Shown in pieces: positions 28,359 to 37,235 of a stretch of DNA of 64,000 bases. The notes under the pieces were generated by a model, which was not told the origin of the DNA, ran no database searches, and was given only the letters and a program-made list of their open reading frames with translations. A program made the position numbers and the translations under genes. The stretch is from Minisyncoccota bacterium (GTDB lineage: Bacteria; Patescibacteriota; Minisyncoccia; Phycocordibacterales; CAJBRS01). The number at the start of each line of letters is the position of its first letter. The first letter of the stretch is position 1. The stretch covers positions 59,639 to 123,638 of the forward strand of contig JADGRH010000001.1 of the NCBI GenBank assembly GCA_017881075.1. The letters run 5' to 3'.

Positions 28359-30476
28359 TTGTTTCAAAAAATGGCAAAAGATAGCAAAGAAAAAGATGTA
28401 AAAAAGGGCTCATATGGGGCTGCTGATATTACGGTATTAGAAGGGTTGGAACCGGTCCGAAAGCGGCCGGGAATGTATATCGGTACCACCGGCCCGGACG
28501 GCCTCCACCACCTCATTACAGAAATATTTGACAATGCCCGCGATGAAGCCATGGGTGGTTTTGCTAATGATATTGAAATTGCCTTTCTGCCAAACAACCG
28601 AATCCGAGTAGTAGACAATGGCCGAGGTATTCCGGTGGATATGCACAAGCAGACGAAAGTTTCGGCGTTGGAGACTATCATGACCACACTCCACGCCGGA
28701 GGAAAATTCGGAGGTGAGAACAGTAGCTACAAAGTTTCCGGCGGGCTTCACGGTGTGGGTGCCTCAGTGGTCAATGCCCTTTCAATTTATACCAAGGTGA
28801 CAGTACATAAAGATGGGGGAGTGTATGTTCAGGAATATTCTCAAGGCAAGCGAAAAGCAGCAGTCAAAAAGATTGGTAACACAAAACTTTCCGGCACCAT
28901 TGTTATCTTTGAACCGGATCCGGCCATTTTCAGTGAGATTAAATTTGATTTTGAAAAGATAGTTTCTCATATGCGACAGCAGGCGTATTTAGTGAAGAGT
29001 TTGCGCATCTCTCTCCTTAATTTTACGGAAGTAAAAGAAAAAATTGAAACGGATAAGGTCTTCTATCTGCGAGAACTTGATCTAGAGGGACCATCACAAA
29101 CTTTTTATTTTGAAGGTGGACTTTTGTCTTTGGTCAAATTCTATAACCAACTCCAAAAACCGATCCACAAAAATATTTTTTATGTAGAGAAGAAAGTGGA
29201 AGGGGTGGAATCAGTGGAAGTAGCTTTGCAATACGTAGATGATATTGCTTCAAGAGTAGTGACTTTTGCCAATAATATTAATACTCCCGAAGGAGGAACA
29301 CATCTCACTGGTTTTAAAACCGCTCTGACTAGAACTCTAAACAGCTACGGCCGCAAAACGAACATTATTAAAGAATCGGAAGACAATTTTACTGGTGATG
29401 ATGTTCTGGAAGGTCTTACCGCCATCGTTTCGGTAAAGCTCCGAGAGATCCAATTTGAGGGCCAAACAAAGGCTAAATTAGGCAGCATGGAGGCCCAGAG
29501 TGCAGTAAACACGGTCTTTGGCGAGGCCTTTTCGGCGTATCTCGAGGAGAATCCGGATGATGCTCGATCTATCATCAACAAATCAATATTGGCTCTGAAG
29601 TCTCGGAAGGCAGCCAAGGCGGCCAAAGATTCCATCTTGCGCAAAGGTGCCTTGGAAGGAATGACCTTACCCGGAAAGCTGGCTGACTGCCAGTCAAAAG
29701 AAGCTAGTGAATCGGAGCTATTCATCGTAGAGGGGGATTCGGCCGGCGGTACGGCCAAGATGGGGCGCGACCGAAGGACTCAGGCCATACTGCCTCTCCG
29801 AGGAAAGATTTTAAATATTGAACGGGCACGACTTGATAAGATGCTTGCTTCCGAGCAGATCAAGAATTTGGTTATTGCTATCGGCACGGCTATCGGCGAC
29901 ACCTTTGATATTTCCAAACTTCGCTATCACAAAATTATTATCGCCACCGATGCCGACGTTGACGGTGCGCACATTCGCACTCTTATTTTGACTTTGTTCT
30001 ACCGATATTTCCGGCCGCTTCTCGATGGCGGCTTTATTTACATCGCCCAGCCGCCACTTTATAAAGTGAAATATGGAAAAGAAGTCTTGTATTTCTATAC
30101 TGAAGAAGAGAAAGATAAATTTCTGGTCAAAGAAAAAGTGGAAGTGGAGGAGGTGAAGGAAAGTGATGACAACAATAATGAGGTGGAAGTTTCGGAAGAG
30201 GAGAACGAGGAATCAGCCGAAGTGTCGACTGGTAAAAAAGCGGTCGCTTCGGCAAAAAAGAAAATCAGTATCCAAAGATATAAAGGTCTCGGAGAAATGA
30301 ACGCCGAAGAGCTTGGTGAGACCACTATGAATGTAAACAATCGCATCTTGAAACAAGTAAATGTAGATGACGCCGAAGCGGCTGACAAAGTGATTGAGGT
30401 CCTCATGGGCACCGACGTCCCTTCTCGCAAATCCTTCATCCAATCAAACGCCAAGGCTGCGAATATTGATATATAA
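28359..30476 (+). CDS. gyrB: DNA gyrase subunit B (type IIA topoisomerase B subunit)
   Basis: GHKL ATPase 'LEGLEPVRKRPGMYIG', 'HHLITEIFDNARDEA', Toprim 'FIVEGDSAGG', 'PLRGKILN'. Contains an acidic low-complexity insertion before the C-terminal region. Confidence 0.85.
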   Translation: MFQKMAKDSKEKDVKKGSYGAADITVLEGLEPVRKRPGMYIGTTGPDGLHHLITEIFDNARDEAMGGFANDIEIAFLPNNRIRVVDNGRGIPVDMHKQTKVSALETIMTTLHAGGKFGGENSSYKVSGGLHGVGASVVNALSIYTKVTVHKDGGVYVQEYSQGKRKAAVKKIGNTKLSGTIVIFEPDPAIFSEIKFDFEKIVSHMRQQAYLVKSLRISLLNFTEVKEKIETDKVFYLRELDLEGPSQTFYFEGGLLSLVKFYNQLQKPIHKNIFYVEKKVEGVESVEVALQYVDDIASRVVTFANNINTPEGGTHLTGFKTALTRTLNSYGRKTNIIKESEDNFTGDDVLEGLTAIVSVKLREIQFEGQTKAKLGSMEAQSAVNTVFGEAFSAYLEENPDDARSIINKSILALKSRKAAKAAKDSILRKGALEGMTLPGKLADCQSKEASESELFIVEGDSAGGTAKMGRDRRTQAILPLRGKILNIERARLDKMLASEQIKNLVIAIGTAIGDTFDISKLRYHKIIIATDADVDGAHIRTLILTLFYRYFRPLLDGGFIYIAQPPLYKVKYGKEVLYFYTEEEKDKFLVKEKVEVEEVKESDDNNNEVEVSEEENEESAEVSTGKKAVASAKKKISIQRYKGLGEMNAEELGETTMNVNNRILKQVNVDDAEAADKVIEVLMGTDVPSRKSFIQSNAKAANIDI

Positions 30477-30488
30477 TTTAATGATCAT

Positions 30489-30638
30489 ATGAAACGACAA
30501 AATCCTATGAATAAGAAAAAACTCTTGCGGCAGGTAGATCACTTTACCCGCCCGCCACGGCTTGAGGGCAAGGCAAAAAATGCAGGAATGAACCCAATTC
30601 GCAAGAAGAAAAGAATTATTTATAAAGATAAAAAATGA
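30489..30638 (+). CDS. Candidate 49-aa highly basic small protein, translationally coupled (ATGA) to the VKOR gene
   Basis: ATG at 30489. Translation is MKRQNPMNKKKLLRQVDHFTRPPRLEGKAKNAGMNPIRKKKRIIYKDKK. Its stop overlaps the VKOR start. Too short for the ORF track. Confidence 0.35.
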   Translation: MKRQNPMNKKKLLRQVDHFTRPPRLEGKAKNAGMNPIRKKKRIIYKDKK

Positions 30639-31054
30639 ATAAAAAAATAATAATACTCTCAACGCTCGCCCTTGTTGGTTTTATCGATGCGGCATATCTT
30701 ACGATCCAACACTACGCGAACGCTATCCCACCCTGCACCATCCATGGTTGCGAGACGGTGCTCTCGAGTGCCTACTCGGTTGTTTTCGGTCTGCCGGTCG
30801 CTCTCCTCGGTGTTGCTTACTACTTTGTATTGTTAATTCTTTATTTCATTTATTTTCAAAAAAAGAATACCAGTCTGCTCATCTTTACTCTACGTCTATC
30901 AATCGTGGGCTTTCTGGCCGATCTCTGGTTTGTCTCGGCCCAAGCCTTTCTCATCCATGCGTGGTGTGTGTACTGCCTTTTGTCCGCTCTGATGTCGACT
31001 CTCATTTTTATCCTCTCGTATTGGGAACTTTTCCACAAAAAGAATTTGTTGTAA
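30635..31054 (+). CDS. Vitamin K epoxide reductase (VKOR) family membrane protein
   Basis: Loop cysteines 'CTIHGC' and active-site 'CVYC' in the last TM helix, with about 4 TM helices. 139 aa. Confidence 0.75.
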   Translation: MNKKIIILSTLALVGFIDAAYLTIQHYANAIPPCTIHGCETVLSSAYSVVFGLPVALLGVAYYFVLLILYFIYFQKKNTSLLIFTLRLSIVGFLADLWFVSAQAFLIHAWCVYCLLSALMSTLIFILSYWELFHKKNLL

Positions 31055-31098
31055 CATTTGAAAGAAATAGGCAGTTCAGACGTATATATAGGTACAAT

Positions 31099-31629
31099 AT
31101 GAAAAAATTCTTTACCTCACTTATCTTTGTGTTGATTTTTGCTGGCTATGGACTCCAGCAGCATTTTGGCAATGCATCTCAGATGGCTCCTATTGTCTCT
31201 GATATAACTCCCACAACACAACTTGTCGATACTGGTATCCAGACTAGCCTTACTCCTACACCGCCGCCGCCTCCCTCAACCAACAATCACACACCTACCC
31301 CAGTTCCTACCCCCACCCCCACACCACCACCAACGCCTAGAGGGCAATATATTGACGGTTCTTACACAGGGGGTGTAGCCGACGCCTATTACGGCTATGT
31401 GCAGGTACGAGTTACGGTGCGCGGTGGCAAAATGACGGACGTGGCTTTTCTTCAATATCCGAACGATCGGAACACCTCCCGTTACATAAATAGTCAGGCA
31501 ATGCCAATCCTTCGAAGCGAAGCGATCCAGGCTCAAAGTGCTCAAGTAGACACTGTCTCGGGAGCAAGCGCTACTAGTGGAGCTTTCCAGCAGTCGCTTG
31601 CCGATGCACTTTCGCAAGCCAGAGCCTAA
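31099..31629 (+). CDS. Secreted FMN-binding-domain protein (ApbE flavinylation substrate type)
   Basis: Signal peptide, PT-rich linker, then an FMN_bind-like domain ending 'AQVDTVSGASATSGAF', which carries the Dxx(S/T)GA(T/S) flavinylation motif. The ORF-track 5' extension (30748) overlaps VKOR and is rejected. Confidence 0.65.
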   Translation: MKKFFTSLIFVLIFAGYGLQQHFGNASQMAPIVSDITPTTQLVDTGIQTSLTPTPPPPPSTNNHTPTPVPTPTPTPPPTPRGQYIDGSYTGGVADAYYGYVQVRVTVRGGKMTDVAFLQYPNDRNTSRYINSQAMPILRSEAIQAQSAQVDTVSGASATSGAFQQSLADALSQARA

Positions 31630-31630
31630 T

Positions 31631-32377
31631 ATGAAGCAGAATCGTGACATTATGGGAATGCCAGTGGCTCTCGAGATTACTGACGCCATAGTGAAGCAAG
31701 AATACTTTGATAAAGTGTTTGATTATTTCGTGCACATTGATCAGAAATTCAGCACGTACAAGAATGAAAGTGAAATTTCTCGTATCAACCGAGGAGAGCT
31801 ATCTCCCGCCGAATATAGTGATGAAATGAAAATTGTTTTTGACCTATCGGAAGAAACCAAGAAAATGACGGGAGGATATTTTGATATACGAAAAGCAGAT
31901 GGCACTTATGATCCGTCGGGCCTAGTGAAGGGTTGGGCAATCAATAACGGCGCTCTTATTTTGAAAAATCTCGGCTGTAAAAATTTTTATGTTGATATTG
32001 GGGGAGATATTCAAGTGAATGGAAAGAATGGTCAGAGTGAGGAATGGAGCATCGGTATTCGCAACCCTTTCAATCGAGAGGAGATAATTAAAGTGATATA
32101 TCCGCGTGGCCAAGGAGTGGCTACCTCCGGTACTTATATTAGAGGAGACCACATCCTAGATCCGTTCTCCAAGAAAGCGGTTGAATCCGATATAATTAGT
32201 CTTACGGTCATAGGGCCGAATATTTATGAAGCGGACCGCTTTGCTACTGCTGCATTTGCCATGGGTTCAGAGGCAATTCAGTTTATAGAAAATCTAGAAG
32301 GCTTTGAAGGTTATGCTGTAAATAAAAATGGCATTGCCACAATGACAAGCGGATTTGAGCATTACACAAAATTATGA
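31631..32377 (+). CDS. apbE: ApbE-family FAD:protein FMN transferase
   Basis: 'MGMPVALEI' N-terminus and the overall ApbE pattern ('GGYFDIRKADGTYDPSGLVKGWA', 'GVATSGTYIRGDHILDP'). Immediately downstream of the FMN-binding substrate gene. Confidence 0.65.
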   Translation: MKQNRDIMGMPVALEITDAIVKQEYFDKVFDYFVHIDQKFSTYKNESEISRINRGELSPAEYSDEMKIVFDLSEETKKMTGGYFDIRKADGTYDPSGLVKGWAINNGALILKNLGCKNFYVDIGGDIQVNGKNGQSEEWSIGIRNPFNREEIIKVIYPRGQGVATSGTYIRGDHILDPFSKKAVESDIISLTVIGPNIYEADRFATAAFAMGSEAIQFIENLEGFEGYAVNKNGIATMTSGFEHYTKL

Positions 32378-33897
32378 TCAAAATTATTGATAATTTCCTG
32401 AATAAGATAACTATGTATCGTTTGGTGTTCTACGAGCTATTCTTTCTATTGTTTGTGGCCGGAGTGCTCGGCTATTTTGGAATGCTACCCTATAACCCTT
32501 TAGCCCTAGCTTTTTCCGTAGCTTTTATTTTCGCAATCTGTTGGCTGGTGAATAAAATCTTTGCTCAGATGTTTAACGTACCGTCAAATCCGGAGTCAGT
32601 TTGGATAACCGCTTTTATTTTGGCTCTTATTATTATGCCCACCAGCAGTTTTTTAGATATGCATTTTTTGCCGCTGGCATTCTGGGCATCGGCTTCTGCA
32701 ATCGCTTCTAAATATATCTTGGCCATACGGGGGAAACATCTCTTTAATCCGACCGCCATGGGTGTTGCTGTGACCAGTTTAGTCCTAGGCTTATCCGCCA
32801 ACTGGTGGATAGGCACTCCCATCATGATACCGTTCGTACTTCTCGGCGGATTATTGGTGGTGCGAAAAATCCATCGATTCGATTTAATGTGGGCCTTTAT
32901 CGGAACTTTTGTCGTCGGAATCGTCTTTTCTAATTTTGCCCGAGGGTCTGGTTTGATACACCTCTTGAGCCAATCTTTATTCTACGCACCGGCATTTTTC
33001 TTTGCCACGGTAATGCTCACCGAACCAGCCACCATGCCACCGACACGCGTACTACGTATTTTCTACGGAATGCTTGTCGGGCTCCTATTCTTGCCCAATT
33101 TTAATATTGCCGGTTTCTATTTCACTCCCGAGCTCGCTCTGATTGCTGGCAACCTGTTTTCATATATAGTCAGTCCAAAATATAAACTTATGCTGAGGCT
33201 TAAAAAAATCATTCGCTTGTCTCCCGATGTTTACGAGTTTGCTTTTGCCACAAACAGAACGATTTCATTTAAACCGGGACAATTTATGGAATGGACACTG
33301 GCGCACGAGCATGCCGACAGTCGAAGCGTGCGACGCTATTTCACTTTAGCTTCCTCTCCGACAGAAAGAGAAGTGAAAGTGGGAGTAAAGTTTTATGCCC
33401 CGGCGAGCACTTTCAAGAAAGCACTTATATCGATGGGTGAGGGAGAGTCCCTTGTAGCCTCACAGTTATCAGGTGATTTCACTTTGCCTAGAAATAAAAA
33501 GAAAAAGCTGGTATTTATTGCCGGGGGAATTGGTGTTACGCCATTCAGAAGTATGATTAAATATTTACTTGATAAGCGAGAGAGACGCTCCATAACTCTT
33601 TTGTATGCCAACAAAACTCCGGCTGATGTTGTTTACTCCAATATTTTTACCATGGCCGAACGTGATCTTGGGATAAAAACAATCTACGCCTTTACCGACA
33701 AAAATGCTCAGCTTCCTTATGGAGCGGTTTCTATTATTGATGCTGAGACGATTAGGCGAGAAGTACCTGATTATTTTGATCGGCTATTCTATATTTCCGG
33801 ACCGCAAGGGATGGTGACCGCTTTCAAAGAGACTTTGTTAGAAATGAATATTCCAAGATCTCAAATCAAAACGGATTATTTTCCCGGGTTTGCATAG
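32374..33897 (+). CDS. Membrane oxidoreductase: N-terminal polytopic TM domain fused to a C-terminal FNR-like FAD/NAD(P)-binding domain
   Basis: About 7 predicted TM helices in the first ~270 aa. Then 'RRYFTLASSP' (RxYS FAD motif), 'LVFIAGGIGVTPFRSM' (NAD(P) Rossmann) and a C-terminal 'YISGP' region. Confidence 0.6.
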   Translation: MIKIIDNFLNKITMYRLVFYELFFLLFVAGVLGYFGMLPYNPLALAFSVAFIFAICWLVNKIFAQMFNVPSNPESVWITAFILALIIMPTSSFLDMHFLPLAFWASASAIASKYILAIRGKHLFNPTAMGVAVTSLVLGLSANWWIGTPIMIPFVLLGGLLVVRKIHRFDLMWAFIGTFVVGIVFSNFARGSGLIHLLSQSLFYAPAFFFATVMLTEPATMPPTRVLRIFYGMLVGLLFLPNFNIAGFYFTPELALIAGNLFSYIVSPKYKLMLRLKKIIRLSPDVYEFAFATNRTISFKPGQFMEWTLAHEHADSRSVRRYFTLASSPTEREVKVGVKFYAPASTFKKALISMGEGESLVASQLSGDFTLPRNKKKKLVFIAGGIGVTPFRSMIKYLLDKRERRSITLLYANKTPADVVYSNIFTMAERDLGIKTIYAFTDKNAQLPYGAVSIIDAETIRREVPDYFDRLFYISGPQGMVTAFKETLLEMNIPRSQIKTDYFPGFA

Positions 33898-33968
33898 ATA
33901 ACTTTTTGTCGCTCTTTTATTTGACTTTGACCCGGAAGAAGATTAATCTCAGGTGAGGAAAACAGCTC

Positions 33969-34682
33969 ATGAAAAACACAAATAAGAAGAGATTTTTACC
34001 GGTGATTCACGTTGAAAAACTCTACGAGACAGAAGAAAATGCCAAAATTGCTTTTGACAACGGCGCCGATGGCATCTTTCTGATTATTTACAACATTCAG
34101 ACTTATAAACTGCTCGAAATCTACGATCGAGTGCGGATTCTATATCCAGATCGCTACATCGGCCTTAACCTACTTGACCTCGGGGCCGGAAGCGCTTTGA
34201 GACAAATTCCAAGGACGGCTAACGCCTTGTGGGTTGATAGTCCCGCTTTGGTTGGCAGTCCTTCCAACTGGCCTTTTTGTAAGAAAGCTAGGGAGTTCTG
34301 GGAACGCCGCCAGCAATATCCAGATTGGGAAGGTGAATGCTTCGTGGGTGTCGCCTTCAAGCATCAACCGACAATTCCTATGGCTGAACTGGCTGCGGTC
34401 ACAAAGGCCTCGGCGCCATTTATGGATGTTGTTGTCACAAGTGGTAAGGCGACAGGAGTGCCGCCGATACCGAGGAAGCTGGAGATCATGCGAGAGGCAA
34501 TTGGGAATGAAAAACGTCTCGCTCAAGCAAGCGGCATCACACCCAAAAATGTCTTTGACTCCTTGCCGTTCATTGACGATTTTATTGCCAACACTGGTGT
34601 CAGCAGGAGTCCGACAGAGTTGGAGCCGCGTCTCGTTAGGGTGACAGGGGACATCATTCACAATTACTCCTGTAGAAATTAA
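33969..34682 (+). CDS. BtpA/SgcQ-family TIM-barrel protein (function unknown)
   Basis: Pattern 'GADGIFLI...VVVTSGKATG...ASGITPKNV' resembles the BtpA family. Identification is weak. Confidence 0.35.
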   Translation: MKNTNKKRFLPVIHVEKLYETEENAKIAFDNGADGIFLIIYNIQTYKLLEIYDRVRILYPDRYIGLNLLDLGAGSALRQIPRTANALWVDSPALVGSPSNWPFCKKAREFWERRQQYPDWEGECFVGVAFKHQPTIPMAELAAVTKASAPFMDVVVTSGKATGVPPIPRKLEIMREAIGNEKRLAQASGITPKNVFDSLPFIDDFIANTGVSRSPTELEPRLVRVTGDIIHNYSCRN

Positions 34683-34787
34683 GGGAGAGAATGTCGGGCG
34701 AAAACCGAAGGTTTTCGCCCATTTTTATATCACAGGAATTAAAAATATCGAAGTCTGACTTCGATAAATCCTTGTTATAATGGCGAA

Positions 34788-35105
34788 ATGAAAGAGAGTT
34801 TTGGTGACAGGGTCATAAAGATAGCTCTTCGGATTCCATCCGGCCGGGTGACGACTTACGGCCGGATTGCTCGAGCGGCGGGCGGCGGGGCGATGGCGAG
34901 CCAGAGTATTACAAGTATTCTCAGCAAAGCATATGATAATGGAGAGAAGAAGATCCCATTTCACCGCATCGTCTATGCTGATGGCAGAATTTGGGTGAAC
35001 TCACGCTACCGCAAGGAGCGCATGAAGCTCTACAAAAAAGAGGGAATTGAAATTGATAATAAAGACCGAATCAAAGATTTTCGAGACATTCTTTTGGATT
35101 TTTAA
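34788..35105 (+). CDS. Alkyltransferase-like (ATL) protein: MGMT DNA-binding domain lacking the acceptor Cys
   Basis: 'IPSGRVTTYGRIARAAG' and 'PFHRIV', where canonical MGMT has PCHR. 105 aa. Confidence 0.55.
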   Translation: MKESFGDRVIKIALRIPSGRVTTYGRIARAAGGGAMASQSITSILSKAYDNGEKKIPFHRIVYADGRIWVNSRYRKERMKLYKKEGIEIDNKDRIKDFRDILLDF

Positions 35106-35345
35106 ATGAGTGAAATAATTTTTAATGACGTTTGTAATAGAGATTGAGGCGGAGGAATTCGCTTCGACCATGGTGATTATTAGTCCCGACGTCTCTGTCG
35201 GGGCCCCGATCAAAGCATTGGGGATAATTTATCAAAAATTGTAACAACATGTGAAGATTCGTTTGGGCAAAACCCGCCTTCGGCGGCTTTTGCCGTGTTT
35301 AGAATAAGCTTGCTATCAAATTGCATAAAAGATATAACATAATTT

Positions 35346-35924
35346 ATGGATCCGACCGATCTCACACTCTCCGATGAAGAAGTAGCCCTGCTCATTCAAA
35401 AAGGAGATAAAGAAAAATTCAGTCTTTTAGTCAAACGCTATGAAGACAAACTGTTTCGATATGGACGCAGGTTTCTTTCCAGTCGCGAAAATATTGAGGA
35501 TATAGTTCAGGACGTCTTTGTCAGCACATTTCAAAATATTAATAATTTTGACTCATCGCTCCGATTTTCGTCCTGGATTTATCGAATTGCCCACAACGCT
35601 TTTGTTAACAGTCTGAAGAAAAATAGCAAAAGCCCTATTATTTATATCGATTTCGATACATTAATTTCGCATCCCGTATATGAAGAGCCTAAGGATTTTG
35701 AAAAAGAGCAGAAGGAAATGAAGGAAATGGTAGACAAAGGGTTGGAAAAACTTTCATCAAAATACAAAGAAGTGATCATCCTGCACTATTTGGAAGAAAT
35801 GAGCTATAAGGAAATATCGGATATTTTAAGAATACCAATGGGCACCGTCGGCATTCGTATTAAAAGAGCCAAGGAATCCTTAAGAGTAGCGTACGCCAAA
35901 ATGAATTTAAATTATGGAAAATAA
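35346..35924 (+). CDS. ECF-type RNA polymerase sigma factor
   Basis: Region 2 ('SWIYRIAHNAFVNSLKK') and region 4 ('YKEISDILRIPMGTVGIRIKRAKESLR') patterns. 192 aa. Confidence 0.75.
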   Translation: MDPTDLTLSDEEVALLIQKGDKEKFSLLVKRYEDKLFRYGRRFLSSRENIEDIVQDVFVSTFQNINNFDSSLRFSSWIYRIAHNAFVNSLKKNSKSPIIYIDFDTLISHPVYEEPKDFEKEQKEMKEMVDKGLEKLSSKYKEVIILHYLEEMSYKEISDILRIPMGTVGIRIKRAKESLRVAYAKMNLNYGK

Positions 35925-36648
35925 TCAAGACCAAAAACCAAATAAAATCCAGCAAATTCTGGAGAAGATAAAGAAAAATGAGATCACTCCTCATTCAAAG
36001 TTTTATTTCAAATTACGAATGACCTCGGTGATAATTGTGGCCGTGGCCGTCTTCCTTATCACCGCCCTTCTGCTCAGCTTCATTATTTTTAGTATGAAAA
36101 TAGGCGGTCAGTTTGCTTTGATCGGTTTCGGTCATCACGGCTGGGAAGTATTCCTGGTCACTTTTCCTTGGATCTTATTCTTTCTTGATCTTATTTTAAT
36201 GATTCTTCTCGGCTGGCTTTTAAGGACTTTCCGATTTGGATATAAGAGCCCGGCCCTTTATTTATTGGCCGGGCTTCTAGGCCTTACTATTTTAAGCGCG
36301 GTTGTATTTGAGGGCGAGACCTCGTTTCATAATCGTCTATTTCTCGAGGCGGAAAAGGATAATCTACCCTCACCTTTTGAAGAGCTATATGAACATGTTC
36401 ACCGCCCACCACCCTCAGGCCACGGCATATTTCGAGGAATGATTGCCTCCATTAGTGATGGCACTCTCGTAGTTAATATTGAGAGCCCGGATAGTACCTC
36501 AACCATGCCCTTCAAAGTCATAATCTCACCATCTCAAAATACCGATGCCTACCAAGTCGGTCAGTTGATCTTTATAGACGGCGTAATCATTAATGATCAG
36601 ATTCAGGCTGAAGGTATTCGCGAAGCCCCCGAAGTGCCGGGCGAATAA
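35914..36648 (+). CDS. Putative anti-sigma factor / membrane protein (overlaps the sigma gene by 11 nt)
   Basis: N-terminal cytoplasmic segment, then a TM helix and further hydrophobic segments. Assigned by genomic context only. Confidence 0.4.
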   Translation: MENNQDQKPNKIQQILEKIKKNEITPHSKFYFKLRMTSVIIVAVAVFLITALLLSFIIFSMKIGGQFALIGFGHHGWEVFLVTFPWILFFLDLILMILLGWLLRTFRFGYKSPALYLLAGLLGLTILSAVVFEGETSFHNRLFLEAEKDNLPSPFEELYEHVHRPPPSGHGIFRGMIASISDGTLVVNIESPDSTSTMPFKVIISPSQNTDAYQVGQLIFIDGVIINDQIQAEGIREAPEVPGE

Positions 36649-36751
36649 TTAGTAGTGATCGGAAAGATAATGGTGTCCTAATTATAGCTTAGTCTGTCCT
36701 TGAAATTATATGTAGAGGGCTCACTGCATGTTATAAGCAGGAACTAAGCTT

Positions 36752-36792
36752 GACAGAATTCTATATTTAGTTAAGATACTTAACTAAATATG
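36752..36792 (+). promoter_or_regulatory. Candidate promoter (TTGACA) plus perfect 12-bp inverted-repeat operator overlapping the MarR start
   Basis: ttgaca at 36752-36757. tatttagttaag-ata-cttaactaaata at 36766-36792 is a perfect palindrome ending at the MarR ATG (36790). Confidence 0.55.
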
Positions 36793-37215
36793 GATACCCG
36801 AAAACAGGCTACTTTGGCCATTATGGAGAGCATGCAAGTCGTTAGACGACGTCTAATGGTGCGTAAAACTATTACTGACATTACCTTTTCACAATGGGCG
36901 GTTTTGTCTGCGGTCATGAAGATGAAACGTGGTGGTATAAAAGAGATCGCTACAGAGCTCGATATTACCCCAAGCGCCGCTACTCAACTAGTTGATGAAT
37001 TGGTTCTGAAAGGGTATCTCTTAAGGGAGGGCAGTGACCGCGACAGGCGGGCCATTTTCATTAAATTATCTCCAAAACAAGAGAAAAACCTCAAAGATCT
37101 TAAAGCTAAACGGCTAAAGAAATTTAACATCATGTTTCGCGTCTTAGATGATGAGGAGTTGCGAACATATGCCGTTCTGAACAAGAAAATTGCAGTCGGC
37201 CTTTTAAACAGATAA
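36790..37215 (+). CDS. MarR-family transcriptional regulator
   Basis: Winged-helix region 'IKEIATELDITPSAATQLVDELVLKGYLLREGSDRDRRAIFIKLS'. Confidence 0.8.
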   Translation: MDTRKQATLAIMESMQVVRRRLMVRKTITDITFSQWAVLSAVMKMKRGGIKEIATELDITPSAATQLVDELVLKGYLLREGSDRDRRAIFIKLSPKQEKNLKDLKAKRLKKFNIMFRVLDDEELRTYAVLNKKIAVGLLNR

Positions 37216-37235
37216 ATAAACATTAATTTTAATAT

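Noticed and set aside
30748-31098. 5' extension of the FMN-binding protein ORF back to 30748 (ORF-track 293-aa version)
   Set aside because: It overlaps the VKOR gene in another frame. A good signal peptide begins at the internal ATG at 31099, so the shorter CDS was reported.
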